Notes: generated by a model from the sequence alone, not told the origin. Counted from the first letter of the stretch, positions 1-13,594 are shown. The stretch is 64,000 bases of DNA from Octopus sinensis (GCF_006345805.1 NC_043013.1:45136001-45200000), one strand, 5' to 3'. Numbers and translations: made by a program.

Positions 1-1832
1 ATTGCGTGTGTGTGAGAATGATTTTATCTCACTACTTCCCATATTGGTGCCTGACGAAAGTCATTAGACTTGAAATGTTGATATCTACGGATGGGTCTAT
101 GAAAGATAAAATGTTTATTTTCTATACGTTGGAAAATATATTATTGAGTTCTCTATTGCATGACTTGTCTTCCTAGTCTTTGGATTAAGAGTCATATCTG
201 TCTATCTGTTTGTCTGTCTATGTATCACCAAGTGTGTATGTATATATATATATATATATCCAAGTTTATTTATACATATATATATATATCAATAAAAGCA
301 AGAACTTTTGTAAAAGATGTTAAGATGTGTAATTTGAGCCAATGAAATATTACATACCATCTCTTATGTATAATTGTGTTCTATTTACTTAAGTATATAC
401 TTATATTAATTATTGTATATACTTATGTGTATCCTGTATTATATACTTTTTCTCATGAGTAAACATTGCTAAAATCAAAGCTTGCCGTTATCACCTTAGG
501 TTGTTATCCTTTTGTTTTGGCATTTTTTCATGTACAAGGGATTGATTCAAACAATTCTGTTGCTTCTTGTGGTGACCAGTTGTTGTCAAAATTTAAGAAA
601 GTGATGGAATGTTTGAAGTGAGAGTGAAATATTCACTCCTTTGATTGATTTAGCTGTTTAATGCGTACACAATTACGGTGGTAGGCAGACTCATAGAAAA
701 GATCAAGCTTTGAGGGAACTCAGAAGAATATTCTTTGTGAGAACCAACATGATTTTTTCACTTTACTTTTAAAACTATTTTTGAATTGTACTGGCTGGAC
801 ACTGTTAGTTATGACATCGGGTGTTCCAGTTGATTCAATCAGCAGAACAGCCTGCTCATAAAATTAACTTGCAAGTGGCTGAATACTCCACAGACACATG
901 TACCCTTAACAGAAGATTCAGCGGGACACACCGAACACAACAAGGTTGCCCACTGAACTACACATGCAACTGATTTTTGCCAGCTGCATGGACTGGAGCA
1001 ATGTGAAATAAAGTGTCTTGCTCAAGGACACATTGTGCCGTTGGGAATTGAACTCATGACCTTATGATTGTGAGCCGAATACACTAACCACTAAACCACG
1101 CACCTTTACAAAACCTACACTATGGACATTTCGAATACAGGCCAATGATGAGCTATGTCCTAATAAACTGTGTGAGACTGAACAGCCTCAAATGGTTCTT
1201 TTACTTGTTTCAGTTATTTGACTGTGGCCATGCTGGAGCACCACCTTTTAGTCGAGCAAATCGACCCCAGGACTTTATTCTTTGTAAGACTAGTACTTAT
1301 TCTGTCGGTCTCTTTTGCTGAACCACTAAGTTACGGGGACATAAACACACCAGCATTGGTTGTCTGTGTTGGTATCAGCAAAATGTAGTTTGGTTAGAGG
1401 AAGATTCACATACAATAAGTCCAAGTCAGTTGTCACCCTGAACATTTTCCCAGTTCAGTGTTTAATAGAATTTCTTTAGTAAAAGTTGTGGTAGATAGGT
1501 AATTGAATGTCATTCATGTTAATCGTTATGTATATGAGAGAGAGAGAGAGAATTGTCTCTACATAGTCTTCAAAATATTTATTTTCTGTTTTGCCACATG
1601 AGATCAAACATGTACTCCTACATATTATAAATTTGTACAAATAGGTGCAGGAGTGGCTGTGTGGTAAGTAGCTTGCTTACGAACTACATGGTTCCGGGTT
1701 CAGTCCTACTGCATGGCACCTTGGGCAAGTGTCTTCTACTTTTTAATACTGTTCAATGTCTCTTGGATTTTCTTTTTCTTTTAACTTATCAACCAACTTT
1801 AAAGAATAAATTTTTCTCTTCTTAAATTCCAG

Positions 1833-1961
1833 GATGCTCGGGCAGCATTCCGACAAGAACTCTCTGAGTCGACACAGAAACTTAATGCAATGTCTAAAAA
1901 GCTGGGTGCATGCATTGATAAAGCTCGACCATATTATGATGCAAGGATGAGGGCAAAAGAG
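1833..1961 (+). CDS. SH3BP5L: SH3BP5-like (parcas/Sab family Rab11 GEF), internal coding exon A; upstream exon(s) outside window
   Basis: ttccAG acceptor at 1831-1832, GTCAGT donor at 1962; 129 nt, phase 0/0; DARAAFRQELSESTQKLNAMSKKLGACIDKARPYYDARMRAKE resembles recalled human SH3BP5L EARTTYRRILQESARKLNTQGSHLGSCIEKARPYYEARRLAKE. Confidence 0.93.
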
Positions 1962-3369
1962 GTCAGTTTAATGATTTTTTCATTAATGATTTTTGATGCA
2001 TGCACACACACATACTTGCATGTACATAGATACACACATATGCAGACATGCACTTATGCACACATACACACACTATAAAAAATAGTGGAAGGAGTGAGCT
2101 ATAGGCTTTGGATTCCTTTATATTTATTTTAATAGCATAGTCAGAGGAGGAATGGCAGTGCCTCTGACAATTTTGCAAGGCCTCCAAGGCTGGTGAGAAG
2201 TGGGGTAAGTATCCACAATTCATAAGTTGTTCTCAGGCTGGAGACCTGATCCAAATGCTAGCAATAGACTGGTCTCTGTTAAAGGTACCCAGTCTACTAC
2301 CAATGAACTGCTACAGTTCATTTGATGGGCTTCCACACAAGTTCAGTCTACTCACTTTCACTCATGGGGCTTGGAACAACTTAAGACTAAGGCAGGAGAC
2401 ACTTGATACAATTCCACTGGTGGAATTGTATCAAGAATTATATGATTGCAAAGTTAATCTCTTAAGCACTCAGCCAGGCTTGCACCAATTTTGGTTGCAG
2501 ACGTAGATGCAGCCATGGCTGTGTAGTTAAGAAGTTAACTTTCCAGCTACAAGTTTTGGGGTTCAGTCCCACTGCAAGCTGACCAAAGTCTTGCAAGTGG
2601 ATTTGGTAGATGGAAATGGAAAGAAGCCCATTGTACACACACACACACACACATATATATATACACACATACACACACACACATACATGCACATCAAGGT
2701 TGTTTCTATTTTACTAACACATTGAAATGATCTAGAAGTAAAAATTAGACTTTTCAAAAAATCAAAAAATCATGCTTATATGATAAATACTTTTGACACA
2801 ACCATGAGTTTAAACTTATTTAATTATACTATCATTATCAAAACAAATTGATTTTCTAGAAAAAAATGTGAGATTTTCATAACGTTCGCCTTATTGCAGG
2901 TGGACTTTTACAAGCTGCACCAGTAAAATTCTAACATCACTTTTAGAATTACTTTTTGTTTTTGTTTAGAATTTGTGTATATTTTCAGTGTATTTTTTTA
3001 TACAGCAATTATAGTGAATCTGACTAAAATCCTTTTTTTCCATATATCATAATGCTAAAGCATTGTGATGTATGGAAAAGTGTATATGAATATTATATTA
3101 AAGTATATGGTGCCATGTAAAACCCACCTCATGCATTCTGTGAAGTGGTTGGCTTTAGGAAGAGCATCAAGCAGTAAAAACCAAGCCAAAAATGAAACAC
3201 TTTCCAATTTTCTTGAATTTACATTTAAAATTCAACATTTTGATATTCCTAGATATCTGTATTTTTTTTTTCGTAGCCTGTGACTCCAGTTTCTCTACCA
3301 CAAAATACAAAAAAATTTAAGCTGCATAAAATAGCACCCTTTACACCAAGTACACTATTTTATCTGATA

Positions 3370-3754
3370 CTAGTACTATGACCCGGCAATGCTGGGTCAT
3401 AGTGCTAGTGCATGCATATACAGCTGCGTGCGTGCGCACATACACGCGAGTACTGTCCAAATCTCCGACCAATCACATACAGCTAGCTGGCATTCAATTG
3501 GCGTATAAAGTTTCGGGCATTTTGATTGGGTTTTGGATAGAAAATTCACAAAAAAGTCACTTCTATTGATTTTTTTAATGGCTTTGCGGGGTGACTGGGG
3601 AAATGTAAAGATGTGCACGACCACCCTTGTACGGTTTTGAATGACCATAGAAAGTGCGAGCCCTCTCACTGAAAAATTGTGGATTTGTATAAAGGACATG
3701 CACGCACGCACACACACACACATGCAGACATTTTGCCGTTTATATATAGAGAGA
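3370..3754 (-). mobile_element. Non-autonomous Helitron, family A
   Basis: Minus strand A|TCTCTCTATATATAAACGG...hairpin...CTAG|T; near-identical to the copies at 22453 and 33316. Confidence 0.85.
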
Positions 3755-4078
3755 TAAACACTAAACTGACCCCCTTCCTTGCTATAATATAACTTTCCTC
3801 ATTAGCTCAAAACTCTGCAAAGTTTATGAAACTTGAATAACTGAGGCTCTTGTACAATAAGCAAGGGTACTTTATCTGTCTCCCTTGCAACTTTGTGAAA
3901 ATGTAACCTTGTCATTCATTAGTCATAATTTTACATAAAAAATAATAATAAATCAGTTGGAAGTCAGTAACATTTGCAAATTGCTTTGTTTTATTTATTT
4001 TTAATTGACAGCCTTTTATTAATCCATTGTATTTTATATTTTAGTGATCTGAAAACTGAATTATGTTCCATTTTATAG

Positions 4079-4240
4079 GCTCATATTGAGACTCAAAAAG
4101 CTGCTGTTCGTTACGAAAGAGCATGCAGCATGCACGAAGCTGCCAAAGAGATGGTGCATCTCGCAGAACAAGGCTATATGAAACGAGACCAACCTTCTGA
4201 TCCGGCATGGCAGGAAATGCTTAATCATGCAACCATGAAG
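4079..4240 (+). CDS. SH3BP5L: SH3BP5-like coding exon B
   Basis: ttttatAG acceptor, GTGAAG donor; 162 nt; AHIETQKAAVRYERACSMHEAAKEMVHLAEQG...DPAWQEMLNHATMK contains the family hallmark WQEMLNHAT. Confidence 0.95.
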
Positions 4241-5483
4241 GTGAAGAGAGATTTATTTTTAACTTTTCTTTTATTCAGTTGATTTTGTTCAAACACTGTA
4301 TTTCAGGGTCCATTTGTGAATCCTAGATTGTAAAGATAAGTTTGATATGTCTATAAATTTGTTGTTTACAGCATTTTAAAAGCTTTATAAAAATAGTAGT
4401 GTAAGTAGTTCAGTGTTGGGCTAAAGGCTTTGTAATCGTTTGTTGAATTCCGCATGGCTTTGAGATGAAATCCTGACTGTGTTAGAATTTTAGATCATAA
4501 CCATAAGGAATGTCTTCCATCTTATCAGTGTCAATAAAGCACCAACCGTTCGTGGCCGTTGCCAGCCTCCCCTAGCACCTGTGCCGGTGGCAGTTAAAAG
4601 CACCATCCGTACGTGGCCGATGCCAGCGTCGCCTTGACTGGCTTCCGTGTCGGTGACACGTAAAAACCACCAACCAATTGTGGCCGTTGCCAGCCCTCCC
4701 TGGCACATAAAAAGCACCCACTACACTCATGGATGGAGTGGTTGGCATTAGGAAGGGCATCCAGCTGTAGAAACACTGCCAGATCAGACTGGAGCCTGAT
4801 GCAGCCTCCTGGCTTCCCAGACCCCAGTCGAACCGTCCAACCCATGCTAGCATGGAAAACGGATGTTAAACGATGATGATGATGTTTAGGTTAACTTGTT
4901 TGAGTAAAAAAAATGTTTCAAGTTGAATTTTATTCATCACAACGTTAATCAAGCTTTTGAAATACTGGTTCAAATTTTCTTGTGAAATCAATTTTTAAAA
5001 TGAATGATTAAATTTATTGCCATTATTATTGCAAAAGCACATCTTAATTAGTCGCACATCATTCTAAAGATATCTTCTTATATTCCAACATTTGTGTTGT
5101 TCTTTGCTCTAGTTGTAGATTCAGTGTTTTGTGAAAGAAATTCAGATAATTTAGTGTCCTTAGATAATTTAAATGTAATAAATAAGTCAAACTCTGTTTT
5201 AAAAAATAACAAACACAAAAAGCTGGAGTTGAACTGAAGAAATCAATAGATTAACATTCAATATGTGTCAGACTAATGGTTGAAATAATTGATTTTAGAG
5301 GCAAAGAAGTAGAAATCACAGAATAATAGGTACTAATGAGAAACATAGCCATTTTTTTACTTCTATATTGTTTAATCCAGATGATGACAAATTGACTTTG
5401 ACATGAAATGGAATAGGGGTAATAGTACCACTGGCATATTCTTCAGAATTGTTAAGAATCAAACTATTTTAATTGATTTTCAT

Positions 5484-5856
5484 AGGCACAGGAGTGGCTG
5501 TGTGGTAAGATACTTGTTCCGAACCTCATGGTTTCAGATTCAGTCCTACCGTGTGGCACCTTGGGCAAGTGTCTTCCATTATTGGCTCAGACCAACCAAA
5601 GCCTTGTGAGTGGATTTGGTAGACAGAAACTGAAAGAAGTCTGTCATATGTCTGTGTGTGTGTGTTTTTTGTCTCCCCCACCACACTTGACAACTGGTGT
5701 AGGTTTGTTTACATCCCTGTAATTTAGTGGCTCAGCAAAATCGACCAATAGAATAAGTACCAGGCTTTAAAAAAAATGTACAGGAGGTTGATTCATTCAA
5801 CTAAAAATTCTTCAAAGTTGTGCCCCAGCATGGCCACAGTCTAATGATCAAAACAA
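5484..5856 (+). mobile_element. tRNA-headed SINE, family 1 (GGCACCTTGGGCAAGTGTC CORE-like core); further copies at ~1200-1365(-), 1643-1740, 2508-2640, 7410-7530(-), 35640-35940(-), 37250-37450
   Basis: Head AGGAGTGGCTGTGTGGTAAG, B-box-like GGTTCAGTCC, tail CCAGCATGGCC.CAGTC repeated across the window. Confidence 0.8.
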
Positions 5857-6308
5857 ATGAAAGATCTTGCCAATGTGGCCAAATTTTATATTGTGTCAGT
5901 GAATGCAACAGGGTCAAAGGATAAAGAAGTTTGCTTCCCAATCAGAGGGTCTCAGAGGTCCAATCTCACTGCATGGCATCTTGGGCAAGTGTCATTTATT
6001 GTAGCCTCAGCTCAGCCAAATCTTGTAAGTGAAATTCAGTTAATGGAAACTATGTGGAAGTTCGTCAGATTATACCCGTAATTCAATGGTATAGTTTTGT
6101 CACATACTGTGTCACATTGATTCTATTTGAGAATTGCTAATGGAACGTATGCCTGTGGAATACTCAGCCACCTACATAATAATTCAACGAGCAGGTAGTT
6201 TGTTTGATCAAACCCCTGATTTGTCATTGTTGAGGCCAACGGTTCCACGTCATTGATCTTATTTTCTGCTGCTTACTCTTAAATTACGATATCTTTATTT
6301 GATCTCAG

Positions 6309-6439
6309 GTGAACGAAGCTGAGAAAGAAAGAATTGAAAGTGAACAGTATCATGAAAGAACTACAAAAATCTTCAAAGAAGCTGAGGAATGTGTTCAGCA
6401 GCTTCAGAAAGACTTAAAACGCTCCATCAGCAAGTCCAA
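6309..6439 (+). CDS. SH3BP5L: SH3BP5-like coding exon C
   Basis: tctcAG acceptor, GTGAGT donor; 131 nt (phase 0/2); VNEAEKERIESEQYHERTTKIFKEAEECVQQLQKDLKRSISKS. Confidence 0.94.
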
Positions 6440-7042
6440 GTGAGTATTTATATATTTCTGTCCTCTGTCCTTTTTCTCTGTCATCTATAAAAGTAGATAT
6501 TTGTATGTTACCACCATAAGCACAACAATAGCAAATTACTATATTACACTGTATTATTATGTCTTCAATAAAATAAGTCGTCTCCCTTTGTGTTTGTACT
6601 AATAAATAACATCTGGAAGGCTGTCAGTTTTCTCACAATCAACTGTGTCTGTAAGTATAATCTTTTGTAGTCTTTAAGAAACAGTTTTGATCTCAAGAGG
6701 CTTTTGCATTCATCATATTATCTCAGTTTTATAATCTGGAAGCTTTTCTTAGCAACTGTTATTACATGTATAATAAGATAAGTATTTGTGAAATATACCT
6801 AAGTGATGTCATCATCATCATCATCACCATGATCGTCCTTGTTTTAATGTTCACTTTTCCATGCTTGCATGGACCAAACTGAGGCAGATTTTTTTTCTAT
6901 GGCTGGATGCACTTCCTGTTTCCAAGCAAAGTAATACTTCCCCATGGCTAGATAAATTTTCACAGAAAACTAGAAATGGGAGACAGTGTTGGATGGTGAT
7001 TCTGTGATGTCAAAATAAAGAGATAGAGGGAGAGAGAGGAAG

Positions 7043-7073
<31 letters not shown>

Positions 7074-8408
7074 CTCCATCTACCAAATCCACTCACCAAG
7101 GCTTTGGTTTACCATGGACTGCAGCCTCTTTTGATGCTTCTGCTTCACCATTTTCTTTTATTAATTATTTGGAATAATGATGTAGTGAAAATAAACTTAA
7201 ATACAGCTACCATCTCCAATATCATTGTTATCCCCATCATCTCTTCATAATGTCTGAACGAAGTCCTTTGAACATAAAGGATGGATGAAATTACAACAGT
7301 ACATCTCTCCACGAGTCCCCAAAGTATCCTTGAGTCTGACCTAATTGTTTTATCCGAAGTCTTTGGTTTCTATACCCTGTTTAGGCTTCTCTCAGTTTCT
7401 GCCTACTATGATCCACCCACAAAGCTTTGGTTGGCCCAAAGCTATAGCAGAAAGACACTTGCCTAAGGTGTTATGCAGTGGGACTGAACCCAGAATCATG
7501 TGGTTGGGAAGCAAACTTTTTTGCTTCATGTTCTAGTCAACTGAGTCTAATGGGAAGAATAGCATTTTTGATCAAGTACAGCTGGGTTGGTTAATGTATC
7601 TTGTGCAACAAAAACAACAAATGAATTGTTGTAAGGATTAAAATGGACCTTTTCTTTTCTCATTAAACTTTCCAAATCTCACTGTTTCTTCACATTTTCT
7701 AATCATTTACTAGCCAGAAATTTTAACATGCATGTACATTACAAGTTGTCGGCCACATTGTTTCACTTCAGGAGCCCAAACTTTGTTATGGAGAATATCT
7801 ATTTAAGATGGTCAAAGGCCATGTAGTGTTGTCTGATAATTTCTATAAACCCAAGCAAGGCTGAATACTGTTACTAGTATACTTATATAGAATGCAGCAT
7901 TATTCAGAATGCATCAGATATGTATAATGTCGATAACTGTACAGCTGTTTATTTGAGACCATTAGCTGTGGTGATTGAGATTGTGTGAAAACATGCTAGT
8001 ATTCTCTTAAGTAATCAGAAATATAATTGGGAATCTTCTGTTTTGAAATAATTGCTACCTATTGAACTTTGAATCTAAATCACTGTATACATAGCAAGAT
8101 ATATCATTAACTGCCATTCTAATTTGCATATAATATTTTAATCAGCCATTGGTCAGACTTTATACCAACAGCATTGATTATCCTTAGAGATATTATATCA
8201 GTGTACATTCCTCCTTAAATGTAATGTGTGATTGCAGCCACAACTTCATTGTTGATGACTGAAATGGGGTATCAACAACAAAACATTTTGTATAATTTTG
8301 TAAATTTTTGTAGAGAATTTTCTTATTGCTGTCGAGTTTTAATGAATGGTAGATGCTTCACATACCCTTTTTTGCTAACTTAAAGCTGTTTTTTATTTTC
8401 TTCTGCAG

Positions 8409-8451
8409 GCCTTATTTTGAAATGAAAGTAAAATTCAATCAAGTGATGGAT
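8409..8451 (+). CDS. SH3BP5L: SH3BP5-like coding exon D (43 nt)
   Basis: ctgcAG acceptor, GTAAGT donor; phase 2/0; (K)PYFEMKVKFNQVMD matches family motif KSxPYFExK. Confidence 0.93.
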
Positions 8452-8713
8452 GTAAGTATTTTGGTTTTAAATGTTATGAAATATTAATTAAAATACTATT
8501 AATTGAACTAATAAATTAAAAAATTAATTTTTTTTTATATTTAAAGATCTTTAGTGTATATGAATGTAAGTTTGTAAAGAATGGTAAAAGGATGGTTAAA
8601 AAGCAGAATTAATAGTTGAGAAAATCCAGTTATATGGTAAATGGCTGATATTAGTTTGTAAAGTGGCTAGGTTATTAGCAGCAACACTGGTGGCATAAGA
8701 TATGTCAAGTGTT

Positions 8714-8754
<41 letters not shown>

Positions 8755-9111
8755 AATGCACACATACACTTTTCCACATTTTGTGTTATTCAAGTTATTT
8801 CCAAGACTATTTCAAACAGCAGAAGAGATCTGTGGAAAGCGGGGAATATTTAACTATTTGTAGACTCAGCATGACAAACTACAACATCTGCATCACCATG
8901 AGTAGCATCATTCATTGTCGAATTAAGGATCTAAGACATAAAACTGCTTCCTGATAACCAATCATACAAGTCAGAGTGTTGTTTGATCCTATGTCAACCT
9001 TTATTGAGCAGATCTGTGATCAAAGGTGTTCCAGTTCTGACCATTTCCTCCATTCGTATATCTAGAATTACATTGTGCCAGCTCTTTTATCTTTTTTTCA
9101 AGACACTAGAG

Positions 9112-9330
9112 CAGTGGTTTTCAACCAGGGTTCCGCGGAACCTTAGGGTTCCGCCAGTACAGCCCAGGGGTTCTGCAAGAAGTTACAAAAATGCTAAAAT
9201 CGACAGTAATTTTTAATTCTCCTGTGCAGATATGTGTGCATAAGACTATTAAATTATTGCATAGGGGTTCCTCGAGCCAGTGGAATGTTTCCTTGGGGTT
9301 CCACTCCAGCAAAAAGGTTGAAAAGCACTG
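9112..9330. mobile_element. hAT-type MITE with 8-bp target-site duplication
   Basis: TIRs CAGTGGTTTTCAACC / GGTTGAAAAGCACTG; identical CACTAGAG at 9104-9111 and 9331-9338. Confidence 0.92.
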
Positions 9331-10036
9331 CACTAGAGTGTGAACAGATGATTTGGTTGTTATTTCTAGTAGGTTGGGTTACTGTGTAGAGGCTCGAAGT
9401 TGTAATTTTTCACCTTTTTAATAATGTGATTTTTCACTGTTCTAATAATGATGCTTCCCTTAGTTATTGAGCAACTGATACAGGTGGATAGATGGGAAGT
9501 ATTATGGATGTGGGCCTTACAAGGGTTCTTGTTATGTGGTATCAAATATCTTGACAGAATAATCTAAAAGAATGGTGAGATTAGATTTTATTAGCTAAAG
9601 TTGGTAGCTTAAATTAAAAGTGTTATTCTTTCTCACTTGCTAGTTGATGCTTTCTTGACCAAAATCTAATCCTAGTTTTGGTGAATTTGTGGAATAAAAC
9701 GATTCCTGCAGTTTTTAGATATTATCTTGAATTATAAGGCAGTGAGCTGGCAGAATTGTTAGAATGCTGGGTAAAATGCTAAGCGGCATTTCATCGATCT
9801 TTACATTCTGAGTTCAAATTCTGTTGAGGTTGACTTTACTTTTCATACTTTTGGGATCAATAAAATAAGGACCATACCAGTTGAGCCCTGGGATCAATGT
9901 CATCAATTTACCCACTTCCCCGAAATTGCTGGCCTTGTGCCAAAATGTGAAATTATCTCAAATTATTTAATTTGTATTTTGTATTCCGGTGAATAAGAAC
10001 CTAATTTAAGTGATGTTTTTTGTTTTTTTCTTGCAG

Positions 10037-11482
10037 GAACAAAAGCATCGAGTAAGTCGCCTGGAAACGGAAGTTATTAATACAAAGTCTGCTTATGCAG
10101 AGGCGTTGAGAAATCTTGAATCCATCAGTGATGAAATACATGAGCGGAGGCTTGAGAAAAGTAAACATCTTCAACTAGGTGTTCGTGGTTCCGGAGTTGG
10201 GTCTGAGACCCCATCTCCACCTCCTGGTCAAGAGAAAGGGTCTGAAATCGGAGATGGTACCGTGGTTACTCATATTAGCACGTGTACTTACAGTTCGAAT
10301 ATACTAACCACACCCACAACTTACCAACAAAGTGCTAGCAAGGAACCGGTCACATTCTCCATAACTACCACTTCTGCTACTGTTGAACAAGATTCTGGTG
10401 TTAGTCAACTGAAAGATGACTGTGATGAATCTGAAGGATCATTTGTAGCCCCATCTGTGATTTTCAGCTCTCCAGAGCAGGCTCGGCGTTTGAGTTATCG
10501 GCAAGCTATTGAAACCAACAGCTATGTATCTCCAAATATCACATCAGAAAGTATTAGCCCCTCTGACTTTGAAGAGGATTATGATGCTCCAAGTTTAGAA
10601 GAGGAGTATATTTCATTACCAAGTTACAAATCAAAGGTTAAGAATTCTAATAATTTTAACTTTGTTTCCGAAAATCAGTTTTGTCAGCAATCAGTTTTTA
10701 GCCCTGACAGCCACAACCCAAACAGCACGCCTCTTTTGAAGAGCAATGAACCGCAAGCCTCTTTACCGACTGAAAAGAGAGCCACACTTAAGACGTTGGG
10801 CAAAAGTAAAACTGAACCAGGCCCAAATTTACAAAGAGTTAATTCAGAAATGTCGGAATGTTCTCCTTCAGTCATACGTAGATCAAAATTGAAAGGCATC
10901 ATTTTACGTGTAGATGCTGAAATGGACCCATATATGCAAGGCTTTCAACAACGTAAAATATCTAACGTCCCCTCCGTTAAAAACATAAATGAGGGAACAA
11001 AAAATGAATCTCAGCCGAAGAATACAAAGATTTTAAACTCAAACAGTGAGACAGCATCACCAAGGAAAATGGGAACTGTCAATAAACCACATATTACACC
11101 AACGAAATACGTGAGAGGTTCCGAAGGGAGTCCTGTACTTAAAATTCCTTCTCCTGCTTCCGATATTATGGATGATTCAGACACAGAAAGTCTTGCCAGT
11201 ATTGGTCAGATGCTTGACGATGAGCAAGTGGAATTGCTTACTTTGGACTTCTCCGATGACACTTTCATTAATGCTGCTGACTCTGTAAAAAGTGACCGAT
11301 TTCAGAAAACGGACTGGCATCGAATGAGCCTACCTCCAAAGTTGAGTCACTTAGAATATTATTTGCAGAGCAAGTCTCTTGACTTGACAACAACACCAAC
11401 GGGTAGAACAGACATTGGACTGGAAAATCTTGAGCTGTATGAGAACTCTGTACCAGAACCTCAGCAGGTTCCTACATCTTGA
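10037..11482 (+). CDS. SH3BP5L: SH3BP5-like terminal coding exon: end of coiled coil plus ~440-aa Ser/Pro-rich tail
   Basis: ttgcAG acceptor at 10035-10036; ORF 10010..11482; ALRNLESISDEIHERR matches the family; the five exons join in frame to 636 aa (N-terminally incomplete). Confidence 0.95.
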   Translation, partial: EQKHRVSRLETEVINTKSAYAEALRNLESISDEIHERRLEKSKHLQLGVRGSGVGSETPSPPPGQEKGSEIGDGTVVTHISTCTYSSNILTTPTTYQQSASKEPVTFSITTTSATVEQDSGVSQLKDDCDESEGSFVAPSVIFSSPEQARRLSYRQAIETNSYVSPNITSESISPSDFEEDYDAPSLEEEYISLPSYKSKVKNSNNFNFVSENQFCQQSVFSPDSHNPNSTPLLKSNEPQASLPTEKRATLKTLGKSKTEPGPNLQRVNSEMSECSPSVIRRSKLKGIILRVDAEMDPYMQGFQQRKISNVPSVKNINEGTKNESQPKNTKILNSNSETASPRKMGTVNKPHITPTKYVRGSEGSPVLKIPSPASDIMDDSDTESLASIGQMLDDEQVELLTLDFSDDTFINAADSVKSDRFQKTDWHRMSLPPKLSHLEYYLQSKSLDLTTTPTGRTDIGLENLELYENSVPEPQQVPTS

Positions 11483-13552
11483 CTTTAGAAAAGATAGATC
11501 TTGTTGAATTCCAATTGAATATAGATTTCTGAGGCAATAGATTTTATTAGTTTGGTGCTCACTGTTAGATAATTTTGGCAAAAGTTCCAAAATGACTTAC
11601 TGCTCTTTCTTGTCAAATTAATCTGCTGTTGGTGCTGCTCCTCTTAATTAAGCCTCTCTTTAATTTATTAATGGCAGTTTAAAAAAACTGCATCTTTGGT
11701 TTGAATCTGTTTTGGCCTAATAACTTTCTCTACCTCTTCATTTTCTTCCCATTATTTCCATGAGTTTATTTTAATCTCCTTTCATTACCTGTGAAGGATA
11801 TCATTTCTGTTGCTGATGACATTTTTCGTTTTTGCTCTGGGCTTTTTCTTCTTCTTTTTCTTTACTTCATATAGATTTATTAATGACATCATTTAAAAAC
11901 AAAATTGTGACGAATTTAAGAGTGATTCCTACCTTAAAGAAATCCCTACCTGTTTCTCCAATTTTAATTTTTCTTCATTATTATTCAATCAACTACAGTA
12001 GTATACTTAAGGTGAAGAGTTGCAGCTTTTATCTTCATTTTTTTCATTAACAGTAACTTCCATTATCTTCCTTAGATTTTCAAATGCTTGCCTTCAAAAC
12101 TTCAAATTTTCGAAAAATATTTAAATGGTGCCAAAATGTCTGCTCCTAACTGCATTTTTCTTTCCTCTAGCTCTGTTCTTTATATTATTTTGAAATTATA
12201 TCAATAGAATAAGTTAGTAAGCAGCTTGAATTTGCCATTGTATTTCAGTCTCTTTACTGAGACTAACTATTTCCTACTCCAGCAGATTTTACCTAAATTT
12301 ACTATTGTTGTCAGAACTGCAGAGTCTCAGAATATTCTTCTCCTCCTCCTTCCCAATTGAATTATTTATGTAAGATATTGAACATTTTTTGAAACCTTTT
12401 TTTTTTTTTTTTTTTTGTAATTCATTTGATCTCAAAAGAATCTTCCCCTTGTTAACTATCCTTTTTGGTTTCCTTCTTTCCAACTCTCTTGCTGTAATAG
12501 TACGACTACATCCGATGCAATCCCTTTACTATTTTAGCAACAACAGTTGTCGATAGTTACATGACGAGATTCCGTATTAGTGATATTTGTATAAAGTTTG
12601 TTTCATTTTTTTGACTGTTTCTCCAAAATTATTTTAAACCCTCATCACAATACTCTGGATTCCAGTTCAAGTATATCCATTTGGAATTGTTATCTTTTGC
12701 TAACATCAAAAATCTGATTTAGCAACCATGTTATGCATATCTATACATATATTTTTCTATTTATATAGTAAATAACTTACTTTTTCACTTTGTAAATTTC
12801 CTTCTTGTTAACCTCAGTCACAGTCCAGGAGTACATTGTTTTTCGCTTTTTTTAAATAATTTTTGTTCTTTTTTTTTTTAATTCTTTAAATCCAGGTAAC
12901 TGAAAAATATCAAAAGAATGTATATTATTTGCATTTTCTGTAAGCAGAATACTTAAGATTAGCTGGCAAGTAAAACTATGTTGAGATATGAATTTATATA
13001 TATAACAAAATAAAATATGAAAGTGGACATTTTTTTTGATATTATTTATTTTCCATTACACTTGTTTCAATTGCCAATGGGAATTAAAAGTATTGACATG
13101 TTAGATAGACATGTAAGGAACTTCTTATTTGAAAATCTTCAATGTCTGTCTACCATGTAAAACTATAATTCCTTTTAGCAAACGAAGCATGTGTAACGAA
13201 GAATAAATAACACCAAAAAAATTGTCCACTTTCCTGTTTTATTATACGACAACTCTGCAAATAATATTTCCATAAATTCTCAATTTTAATGTATTTCGAC
13301 TGACATACAGCAGCAACTGTGACCACATATTGCATTGTAATAAGGGAATAAGCAGAAGCGTTTCAAGAGGAAACAGCTGGGATTTACCCTGGTTGGCGTT
13401 AGGAAGGGCATCCAGCTGTAGAAACTCTGCCAGATCAAGATAGGAGCCTGGTGCAGCCATCTGGTTTGCTAGCCCTCAGTCAAAATCGTCCAACCCATGC
13501 TAACATGGAAAGCGGACGTTAAACGATGATATATATAAATATACATACATAC

Positions 13553-13594
<42 letters not shown>

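Noticed and set aside
1-1830. Missing upstream SH3BP5-like exon (expected DPRIQxELExLN-type motif)
   Set aside because: No such coding segment found; presumed to lie upstream of the window
10684-10902. Minus-strand 72-aa ORF
   Set aside because: Shadow ORF antisense to the SH3BP5-like terminal exon
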